Assembly: GCF_006345805.1 (NCBI RefSeq)
Contig: NC_042998.1
Coordinates: forward strand, 78,182,001 to 78,246,000
DNA: 64,000 nucleotides
Direction: 5' to 3'
Source of the DNA: Octopus sinensis
Taxonomy: Eukaryota
The translations under genes were made by a program, and so were the position numbers. Position 1 is the first letter of the stretch, and each line of letters starts with the position of its first letter. Shown here piece after piece: positions 13,352 to 25,036 of this stretch. A model generated the notes under the pieces. That model saw only the letters and a list, made by a program, of their open reading frames with translations. It did not search any database and was not told the DNA's origin.

Positions 13352-16300
13352 ATGAAAAGGAACACACGAGTTGATATATATGAAAAAACAAGTCAGAATA
13401 GAAAATGCAAAAATAATTTTATAAAGAACTTTTCAGTACCAGTTTCAGTCATTGAGACCTTTTCAACTGTAACAATTAAATAATTAAATTTAGAAAAATT
13501 AAAAGAAAAGATTTTTTAAAAGAATATTTGTCTAGTGTTCAAATATAAGTGGCATTTTCCTTGTTTCTGCCTTTCTCTGGAAAATGCCACTTATATTGAA
13601 CACTAGACAAATATTCTTTTAAAAAATCTTTTCTTTTAATTTTTCTAAATTTAATTATTTAATTGTTACAGTTGAAAAGGTCTCAATGACTGAAACTGGT
13701 ACTGAAATGTTCTTTATAAAATTATTTTAGCATTTTCTATCCTGACTTTTTTTTCATATATATATATATATTACGGAGATATACTTACATAGCAGCTGAC
13801 TTGATCTGAGGTCGTGTGCTGAAACATAAACAATTGCCGCCTGGAAGGTGTTTCGAAGACTTTTAAAAACACACAAAAACCATTAGATTCACTTCAACAT
13901 TTAAATTTAATGGTCACCGTCGCGCAGGTCCTGTGCATGTGAACCTTCTCTCACAATCTCTATACGACCTGAAAACTTTGTACATTCACCTGCCAATGTT
14001 AAGTAGATTACTGGAACTTTGGCTACCGTAATTGTATATATACATATATATGATCATTTATATTTTTGAATTGGTAAAGTTGTTAGGCCAACGTATAAAA
14101 TGCTCGTGAGTTTGACTATCTTCCCTTTTCTGGGTTGATATCATAAGCATGTTTAGGTGGGATTTGAACTCATAAAGTACGGAGTTGGAAGATATACCGT
14201 AATGTATGCCTGCCGATGCGCCAGCGATTCTAAGTTTCATGATATTTATATTATATTTATGTACACATTATTTATATTGTATTTATTTAGACATTATTAA
14301 TTACATTCCGTTGTTATATGGAAAGTATTACTTGTATAGGGCTGAAAAAAAAGGGGAAAGAATATTTAGAGCGTTTATAAATGCAATAATACAACGAGAC
14401 AATAAAAAGAAGTATTGTAATCAAATGACTGGTCGAATTATACGCAACACACACACACACACACACACACACATGACATATATCCAGGAGCACCCGAATT
14501 ATCGAGTAAAAAATATTTTAGATTTCTTATACAAATAATGTAGCAACAATGCTCGAATTTTCTGAATCAATTTTAAATATAAATTCTTTAAAAATTTACC
14601 TATAGAAATAAGTTTTAATAGGAATTACATAGGTAAAAATTATAAATTAACAGGATTAGCCCTCACAATAAAACATTTTGCTCCAAAAATATTTACTTTA
14701 CAACTGAAAAATATTTTATCTATATAATCCATATTAAAGCTCATCTCTGCATATACTTTAAGGTCATGATTAGCTGGAGGGTTAATCATCTGTATCATTT
14801 AAGCATATTACATATATACTTCCCACTACCTGTTGTACATCACTGCCCGCCATCGTACAACCTCCTTTCTCATACTGTATGGCAGTCGGAAAATTTTTCG
14901 TGGGTACAATTCTAAGAACAAAAAAATAACCCTACTACTTGCAAATTCAATATTGTGACATCTTACTCTCTAATCCACCTCCTATTCTCTGCAATGTCTA
15001 CATTGTTGATTTTCTAATAGTACTCAACGTCTAGAAATATTTAGACGTCAGTTGATTTTAATAAGATACAATAACAACAATTAACAACTATTAAGTAGTA
15101 TGTAGCCAATCTGTTGCAGCACTGTATCGCTTACATCTTTTGAAAATGCTGGTGGAAATTTATGCGCAAAAATAAATTATTTCGACAATGTGAATTCCTA
15201 TAGTAATAGCCAAGATATTGTGCCCCTCGGAATAAACAGTTTCATACAACTTCTTTGACAATACAACCAATTTCTGCAATGCTTATTTTCTGAAACTTCA
15301 CACATTAAATAGAACAAAAGCATCGATTATATTTTTTATTGGATATCATGTTCACAAGTTAAAATGCGTCGGTGTAACATAAATTTGCGCGTTCGTCTCT
15401 TTTATTTTATTCAAGCCAGGAGTAACACAAATGTCGTCAACCTTACTCTCTTTCGAATTGGATTGGCTGGCCTAAAAAATAGAAAAGTACCACGTATCGT
15501 ATTTGGCCATCATGCGATTAAAACTGAGAGAAATAGATAAAATTACGCAATGAGCCACCATACTCAGAGGAACAGAGATGATACTTAATACTGTGAGATC
15601 TATATGCTCCAACAAAAGCTAAATGTTGTAAAAGATTGGTAAAATTAGAATAGCATGTTTCTCAACATTTCAGAATAGTATGCCATTTGTCGGAAACAGA
15701 AAGCTGACACAGAAACATTTCATTTATCGCTAAACAAAGAAACAATTCAAAGTGCCGAATTAGTTTGTGAGTTGTGCATAACTAAAGCAGGAAATGCAAG
15801 TTTGCTTGTGCACGTTCACAGAAAGTTGTCTACATTGCTGAGAGCTCAATGGCAAAATGCTAAGAGCTTTCACTATGAGAAACCTATCAGTGTTGAGTTT
15901 CTCAAAAATAAACATCACTATTGGGTTTCTTATTGTGAAAGTAGCTCAAGCTTAACTAAAATCTCTATGAAATAACAAATCAAAGTGACAAATAACGAAA
16001 CCTGAAAACTTAAACTACAGAGAAGACGTGCAATCGTTAAGTTTCTACTTTCTGACACAGTTTGAACGCTACGTTATTACACAGATGTACACGCACATAA
16101 TATATTCACATACCCAATCACACACACATTTATACACATATATTTGGAACAACTGTGTCTTGTACTCGAAGCAACGACGATTTGTTATGCGTGAAGATAA
16201 GAATATAAGTAGATAAAGAACAAGCATATAAAACGAATAAGATTATGAGACAAACAAACACATACTACTTGAAGTCAGACAAGCAAACCAGAAAAAAGCG

Positions 16301-17400
16301 TAGAAATATGACAGAAACACCAACAATAGAAGAATATGTACAATGAAAATAGTAACACTCATTGTATCTGTATATTCTCGACCTCATTTTCTGTTCTCTC
16401 CTGTACTTAACAATTTCAACCGTGTACTTCTCTTCGCTTCTATTTTTTTCTTATCATCCTTATTTAGTTTTCTTTTCTTCGATGAACGCTATAACCTCTG
16501 TTACCTCCATTTATGTATCCATCTCCATTCTTCACATTCTTCCATTGTTATTGCTGTACTTCATATTGTCACGCTTTTGCGCCGCGTGTTTTACTTGCTT
16601 GACTTCATGCATTATTTGATTGTCTGTCTTTTTCTTACCATATTATTTTACTGGTGCGTTTCTATTTACCTATCTAAACACACACACACACATACACACT
16701 GAAACACACACAGATTTATGTAATGGATTTTTGACGCTTTTATTTATAGCTTTAGTTGCTTCGACATCCACTTTTCCAAAAACAATATATATATATTTAT
16801 ATTGTATTTATGTACACATAATTAATTACATTCGGTTGTTATATGTATAATGTGATTAGGGAAAGGGCTGAAAAAAGTGGAAAACGAATAATGCAATAAT
16901 ACAATGAGACAATAAAAAGAAGCATTGTAATCAAATGGCTGGTCGAATTATATGCAACACACACACACACACATATGACATATGTCCAAGAGCACCCGAA
17001 TTATCAAGTAAAAAATATTTTGGATTTCTTATACAAATAATGTAGCAACAATGCTCGAATTTTCTAAATCAATTTTAAATATAAATTCTTTAAAAATTTA
17101 CCTATAGAAATAAGTTTTGATAGGGATTGCATAGGTAAAATATATAGATTAACAGGATTAGCCCTCGCAATAAACATTTTACTCCAAAAATATTTACTTT
17201 ACAACTGAAAAATATTTTATCTATGTAATCCATATTAAAGCTCATCTTTACATATACTTTAAGGTAATGATTAGCCAGAGGGTTAATCATCTGTATCATT
17301 TAAGCATATTACATATATACTTCACACTACCTGTTGTACATCACTGCCCTCCATCTTACAACCTCCTTTCTCACACTGTATGGCAGTCGGAAAATTGTTA
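11708..17400 (+). repeat. Local cluster of four same-orientation partial copies of an unidentified ~1.15-kb AT-rich unit
   Basis: Segment A at 11708-12285, 12594-12776 (partial) and 14833-15400; segment B at 14240-14833 and 16790-17335, followed by the start of A to 17400. Confidence 0.9.
13374..13761. repeat. Near-perfect fold-back (about 187-bp arms, 18-nt loop)
   Basis: Arms 13374-13560 and 13579-13761 differ by about four substitutions and one indel by eye. Confidence 0.95.
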
Positions 17401-17436
17401 ATTTCTTTTTATCTCATTTATGATCTCACTCACTCA

Positions 17437-17515
<79 letters not shown>

Positions 17516-17743
17516 TCTCTGTCCTTCTCTTTGTCTCTCACTCTCGCTAAATTAATCAATCTAATCTACTTCTGTTTACACGTTTTTTGTCTTACGTACA
17601 TATCTCCCAGCAAAACCAGTGCTTTGTTTAATTGACAAAAACCTTCAGTTTGTATAGCGCTTGATGCTTGACAGACAGGTAGTAAGACAGGAAGGCAGAT
17701 AGATAGAGAGACAGACAGACATATATGCAGCTATGTATATCTA

Positions 17744-17789
<46 letters not shown>

Positions 17790-17793
17790 ATAT

Positions 17794-19010
17794 AAGAAAG
17801 ACCCGGTTTCACTCAGATTATAAACTCATAACCTTAACACAGTACTCTTGCTTGTAGTGTAAGATTAGAGTGTTATCAGAAAGCAATATTTACTTTGAAC
17901 ACTCAATGGTTTTATATTTCTGTACATTACATGCACATACTATTCATGTAAGTCGTTTTTTCATAATCTATGTTTTCTGTCTTGCCATGTTTATCACTGT
18001 GAATGTAGAGGTTATTTTCATCTCTCTTGAGCAGAGCATCCAACATACAAATGATCATGTAAGAAGTATGGCTGAAGGAGGTTAAGTCCCACCACCTTTA
18101 GAGATTGACCGTGGGATTTGTTGATAGACATTGCAAAGCTCAGTTTGACAGGAAACTGCAGTCTCTTGAACTGAAAGAGGAGATCGTTTGAGATGGCAGG
18201 GATCCTTGAAATGAAGACAGAGGTAACTTGAATGTTGAATTGGCTGTTCTTTCAACTATTAGGAGTGTAGCTGCAATTCCAGAGGATGCAACAGCCAGAG
18301 CAATCTTCTTCTGTCTTACCTTGGTAAGGAGCAGGTTGGACAATAATGTCTTTCCTGTGCCTCCAGCAGCATCTAAGTAGAGGACCCCGCCAGTGTTATT
18401 GACCATAGATGCCAGAAATTACCAGTATACCTCCTTTTGATCCTGTATCAGAAGTGGTTCCTTCCTATTGACAACTGCTTGCAAACTTCCCATGTTCTGT
18501 GATGTTTCCCTGAGTAGCCCTTGTGTTAACCTGTGTTGAACATCTTTGACAGGAGCTGGAAGGCCATAGTTCAAGCTTGTTTCCACCCAGTGATTGAACC
18601 TTGTCCTCTATTAATCTTAATGCTTCATTGAAGATGTTATCATTGAATGTGACATCACCCTCATACTGATATTGAATTCTTTGAAGAATGTTTTCATAAA
18701 GCTCCTCCTGGTATTGTACCAAAGTTGCTTCGGATTTAACAATACGCAATTCACCAGCATAGGAGACTTCCACAATTCAGCTGCATAGAAGACTTGCACA
18801 TTTGTGCCACTCTCACAGTAGCATTCCACCTCTGAGATGGCAAACTTGGTGATATGTTAGACATTCTGTGATGTAAACCGTATGTAAGGCAGTAAATGAT
18901 GTGGATCCCTTGACATGGTGTAACAGAGGCTTTAGATAGTAGTACTCAGAGTAGTTGGGATTGACACTGGAGACGAATTTGACACCTTTCTTCTAGGCAT
19001 GGTTATTTAC
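17794..19010 (-). mobile_element. Helitron remnant: post-Rep region, PIF1 helicase with internal deletion, and 3' end
   Basis: VNPNYSEYYYLKPLLHHVKGSTSF; NPKQLW; LYLDAAGGTGKTLL...VASSGIAATLL...TANSTFKLPL; FKRLQFPVKLSFAMSINKSHGQSL; LYVGCS; terminal gagtgaaaccgggtctttctta resembling a Helitron 3' hairpin end. Confidence 0.9.
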
Positions 19011-19238
19011 GGATATAGAAATAAACCGGTACAGAAGACTGTAGACAATGAAAGTAAATGTAATAATTCTATAGGTACCAGAAATCGTTGATTCTGAGGA
19101 ACGTAAAGGGTAATATTTTCAAGCTAAAAATATATAGGAAGATGTGACCTTCATGTATCTTCCACAAGAACCAAAAGAACAGTGCGACAGAAATGAGGTA
19201 GAAGCGATTAAAATGTAAATATAGTATACATAACGGCG

Positions 19239-19700
<462 letters not shown>

Positions 19701-20189
19701 TTTAGATAGAGAGATAGATGGACAGTAACAAAAATCCTTAGAAGAATGTTTCTATGAGGAACGTGAAGATTAAAATTTTCAAGCTAAAAATAGATACGAA
19801 GATGTGAGTTCATGTGTTTCCCCAGGAACCAAAAAACAATGCGACTGAAATGAAATAGAAACGGTTAACATGTATATTTTCATCAACGGCGTATTGTAGA
19901 CATACATGTGTGTGTTGCTGGCCACATTTGCTACGTCAGACATACACGCGTGTATCTAGCAAGCTGCAAGTGCTACATCTGTACCAGAAGTTAACATTGG
20001 ACATATTTTTTAAAAAGTGAATCATATACATGAAGCAATGTTGTTTATTTTTAATAAAAAAATAAAATGAAGACTCTATTATGTATCCGAAGCCAAATCA
20101 TTTATACATTCCAAGTATGGAACAAAATCCCGCTGCTCTTTTCCATGAAAAGCGAATACACACACAGAAGTCTATTTCATATATATATA

Positions 20190-21695
20190 GGACTGGTCGA
20201 AATGTCTCTCCACACCAGACATTGACATGAAACTAGATTATTTCATGTCTGTTATACAAACAATATGCCAGAAATATGTCCCAGAGCACAAGGCCAACAC
20301 TAAAAGGAACAAGATTGCAAGGGAGAGGAAGATCCTCATGAGACGACGGACGGAAGTTGCAAATAGCTTTAACCAACATCCCAAAAGTAGTGAAAGAGCC
20401 TGCCTAAAAACAACACTGATGGAGATCGAAAAAAGGCTGAAACAATCCTATGTGAAGGAGAAAGCAGACAAAGAAACTTGGGTTATAAAAAACATTAAAT
20501 CAAACCCAAAGGCCTTCTTTCATTACGCGAAAGAAACAATCTCAGTGCACTACAAGATAGGACCCCTCCTCCAAAAGGATGGCTCCCTCACAGACAGTCC
20601 AACTATGATGCTGAATGACCAGTTCAAAAATGTCTTTACCACCACGTTGGAACACAGACAAGTGAACGAACCAGTGGATTTCTTTGCCGTCTCACCTATA
20701 ACCAGCGAGGCAGTTACATCGACATGGATTACATTGGTGAAGAAGATGTAATACTAGCGATTGATGAAGTGGACGCAAATTCAACTGCTGGCCCTAATGG
20801 TTTTCCAGCAATCCTCCTCAAATCGTGTAAGCCTCCCCTGGCGAAACCACTATAAATACTCTTCCAGAGTTTTTTGTACATGGCAGGCTGTCTAGCAAAC
20901 TGAAGGAGGGAATAATATTCTCAATCCATAAATGAGGAAGCAGAGCTGATGCCAAAAATTATAGGCCTATCTTCCCTAACTTCACATATTAGCAAATTCA
21001 TGGAATGAACAGTCAGAGGGAAACTAATCGTATTCCTTGAAGAAAATGACTTGCTGAGTGATACCCAGCATGGTTTTCGACTAGTTAGGAGCTACCTGAC
21101 CCAGCTCCAACAGCACTATGACTGGGTGTTGAGGCAGTTATTCAAAGAAAACACAAATAGTGAGTGGTATACCACAGGGTATTATCTGGGAACCACAGCT
21201 TTTCACCCTTGCTAACAACACAGACGATACGAAATTCTCACAGAAAATACAAAACCTTAGCAACGTTGCACACTTGCAGCAGGAGTTGGACCCAATTTAC
21301 AGATGGGCTGAGGAAAATAATATGCAGTTTAACGCATTGAAAGCTACACCAATGTCAGAATGGGTTGCCACTGCACAGTGCCAAACATCCCAGTAATGCC
21401 GTCGCACTTCAGGGATCCTGGTTTTCAAGGGTCCACAGCTTTTTAATATTCTCCCACAGAGCCTGAGGGAACTATACAATGTGAATGTAGGTGTTTTCAA
21501 ATCAAAACTGGATTTCTTCCTGTCGAGAATCCTAGATGAATCACCACGCAGCAGGAGGCGAAAATGAGGTATAGCTACATCAAACTCCCTTATTCACCAA
21601 ATGCCACACATCAGAGGAGGCTCACAATAATAACACTGTAGCAAAACGGCGATGTCCCAGCAAGGCTACAGCTTTGAGCTGAAACTGATAAAATA
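20190..21695 (+). mobile_element. CR1-clade LINE (family A) ORF2 fragment with several internal deletions, 3' end present
   Basis: KSNPKAFFHYAK...IGPL, NYRPI, QHGF, SGIPQG and DDTK motifs; clearly homologous to 33641-36199; shared 3' tail. Confidence 0.9.
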
Positions 21696-21714
21696 ATAGA
21701 ACATATATATATAC

Positions 21715-21755
<41 letters not shown>

Positions 21756-21777
21756 TATATATACACACATATTAATG

Positions 21778-21808
<31 letters not shown>

Positions 21809-21863
21809 TAATATATATATATATATACACATATTATATATATATATATACACACACACATAT

Positions 21864-21916
<53 letters not shown>

Positions 21917-21925
21917 TAATATATA

Positions 21926-22070
21926 TTGTTTCTTCTTTCTATGTTCCTTTCTGTGGAAGGGCGTAGGCTCGAAACGTTAAAGACATTTTCACTTCCCGAG
22001 CGTTATACTAATACATCTGTTTGTTGTTTACACCACATGTCTTCGCCTTTTGCTCTTTTTGTGAATTCTC
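21926..22070 (+). mobile_element. PLE terminal-repeat-like fragment with hammerhead-like motif at 21947-21982
   Basis: CTTT-CTGTGGA-A-GGGC-gtag-GCTC-GAAACGTT-AAAG, lying between TA tracts. Confidence 0.55.
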
Positions 22071-22139
22071 CCTATATATATATACATCAAAATAATGATG
22101 ACGTCCCGTTCCACTTGATTAAAGCCACCTAACGAAACG

Positions 22140-22279
22140 ATTGGTCAAAATATTGATGACGTCACGCTACGCTAGATTGACCACCTAACAGGCATTATAA
22201 AACCAAGCATTTCACAAAAAATCACTAGAACCAGCCAGCGAACTTCCACCATGGGTCATCACAATTGCTTAAGGTAAAA
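22140..22279 (+). promoter_or_regulatory. Putative Pol II promoter plus short first exon and splice donor
   Basis: ATTGG (inverted CCAAT) at 22140, TGACGTCA at 22157, TATAAAA at 22196, Inr-like TCAC at 22222, CCACCATGG with ATG at 22251, and AG|GTAAAA donor at 22274. Confidence 0.45.
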
Positions 22280-22643
22280 ATGAATTCCTCGCTCTTTCGG
22301 AAACATCAATCTTCTGTATTAACCGCTTTCCACCACTTTGATCTGTTTTTTGTATTGAATACGTATCGCCACCGTGGGCCACTGCATCGAACACTTTGAA
22401 CATATACTTCAAACTATATATCAACTATACATGAACTATATATCAACTATACATGAACTCTAAGATGTCTGACTCCGTTGTGTATTATAAATGAATTTCT
22501 TGTGTTTGACGGCATGAGCTGTCTCTTTTTATATATAACTTTTTTGATAAGGTTCATTTCAGGAACTGAAACATGTTATAATGTATATATAAAAATTAAA
22601 AATTGTATAATACAGCAGCATTTTCGAACTTCATTTTTTACAA

Positions 22644-22702
<59 letters not shown>

Positions 22703-22897
22703 CACTTTTGAATTTGGTTTGCAAGATTACTTATGTAAATTCGTGTGTTGAAACATGTTTTGTTGTCTGTGGAGATTTTATTCTCTTTTAGTGCCTTATT
22801 ATTTAACACACTCACCAGTAAAGTTTCCACTCATTTCCTTATTATTTTTCCTAAACTTTTTATCACATATTGCAACCTCTTTAATAGTCGTTCTATT

Positions 22898-23328
22898 AAA
22901 TTAGGCAATCATATTCATACATATATAAATTCGACTTAAAATGCGTACCCATATATTAATACGTATCGACACATATGAATTTTTTTTATATTCATAAAAT
23001 ATAAATATACATAAAAATACATGTAAACAAAACCCATGTGCGATACGTATGGAAGGAAATGTAAGAAAAAGAGGAGTGAATTTTTTTGTACTGAAGTTAA
23101 GAGCGGTTACAAAAAAAATCTGTCCTTTGTTCAGTTCTCTTTTCTCACACTTCCTTCCATATGTATCCCACATGGGTTTTATTTACGTGTATTTTTATTT
23201 ACATTTATATATATATATTTATATCTTATGAATATTTTTTTATATTTTCATATGTGTCGATATGTATTAGTATATGTATACGCAATTTAAGTCGAATTTA
23301 TAAATGTATGAGGATAATTGTCTAATTT
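22898..23328. mobile_element. Fold-back/MITE-like element with ~190-bp imperfect inverted arms
   Basis: Left aaattaggcaatcatattcatacatatataaattcgacttaaaatgcg pairs with right cgcaatttaagtcgaatttataaatgtatgaggataattgtctaattt, and pairing continues inward. Confidence 0.8.
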
Positions 23329-24415
23329 GAGTTTATATCTTAATTCTTATCTTTTGTCTCGGGGTCGACCCGAGCACTTCTTCTTAGCAGTTCTATATAT
23401 TTCGTAAGAAAGAATAATAATATCATATATATATACTTTAATGCTTCTAGAGTAGGTACAGCGGCTAAAATTCGGGAGAAATCTTAATCGATACTGCCGG
23501 ATAAATGAAAAATAAGAGATAGACTGATAGAAAGATAGATTATATATATATATATATATATGTTCTTCTAACACAATTTTAAATTTAAACTGCACGATTA
23601 ACAACCATAATTTATGACTTGGTGTGTATATCTCTTCGTGCTAGTGTATTCAAATCACTTGTTATAAAAGAGGAATTTTGCTGTTTCGCAGAGAGTATGT
23701 AAAAAAAAAAGAATAAAGCAAAACATGAGAAGTTGTTTATAACGTATTTACTTACAATATCTTCTGTGCGTTTATTTCATAAAGGGTGATTGTTATTTAC
23801 ATAATGTAAATTACAAAACCAAGACTTATTGTCAAATCTTCAGAGACGTCTAACTTTTCTCGCATGGTTTGACAATAAGACTTGATTAAATAATTTGCAA
23901 TAATAATCACCCTTTGTTAAGGAAATGCACATAAGATGATGTAAAAGAAATCTCATTAGCAATTTCCTATGATTTGATTTCATTTATATGTATGTATACC
24001 TCTGTGTGTGTGTGTGTGACTGTGTGCTCGATTGTATGCATCTGTGTGCAGGTAAAATTGTGTGCTTACGAAGAACGTTTCACAATGACGTGTTCTTGGC
24101 TTCAGTCAAAGTGTGCATCATATTCCGCAAGGCTTTTGACTCTTTTATATAAATATTCATAGATACGTAATATACCTGCATTTACACTTTGATATTTATA
24201 TTTTTAGATTTGTCTTACGCATGATACTTGTTGTATATTCTCATACAGCGCAAAAACCGCTCTGTAGTGGTCTGCCTTTGGTCATAATATTCAGCTGGTG
24301 CTGCGTGTCCCTATAATAACCGGGACTATTCCTTGCACATATCTATCTATCTAGCTAGCTATCCCCAATATATATCTCTCTCCCCCCTCTCTGTATGTAT
24401 GTATGTATGTATGTA

Positions 24416-24449
<34 letters not shown>

Positions 24450-24611
24450 AATTAGAAAAAACACCTTTTATCAATTCAAGATGAAAAATTAAATTACACC
24501 ATCTAGAAAATTACATATAATAGAAATATTAAATATAAGATAAGGAATAATATACAGATGATTAAGTAATGTGCAAAATAATAAATAAAACGTATATATT
24601 GGTAGTATATA

Positions 24612-24613
24612 TT

Positions 24614-24683
<70 letters not shown>

Positions 24684-24697
24684 TAGATAGATAGATA
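24612..24697. repeat. (GATA)n microsatellite
   Basis: Direct reading. Confidence 0.95.
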
Positions 24698-24965
24698 TCC
24701 ATTCTATGGTTGAGAGCTAAATACATTGATTTAACCACTGGGCATCCTTAGGATTACAGCGGTTTCGTAGCTTTCATGTACTAATGATTTCTGTTAAGAA
24801 GAAATTATGTTCACATACCTACTCGCCATTATATAATTGTATGTTGAAAAATCAATACAAATAAGGCTAGCTCTTCAGATCATCAGAACATTATGGGTAT
24901 ACAAACGATTCAACTCGACCGGATTTTCTGTCTTCGTCTTTTGTTTTTTTTTTTGTTAATTCTCC

Positions 24966-25036
<71 letters not shown>

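Noticed and set aside
14240-15400. GPCR- or LRR-like reading of the duplicated unit
   Set aside because: Hydrophobic stretches reflect AT-rich composition; stops are frequent in all frames and no DRY/NPxxY or true LRR pattern is present.
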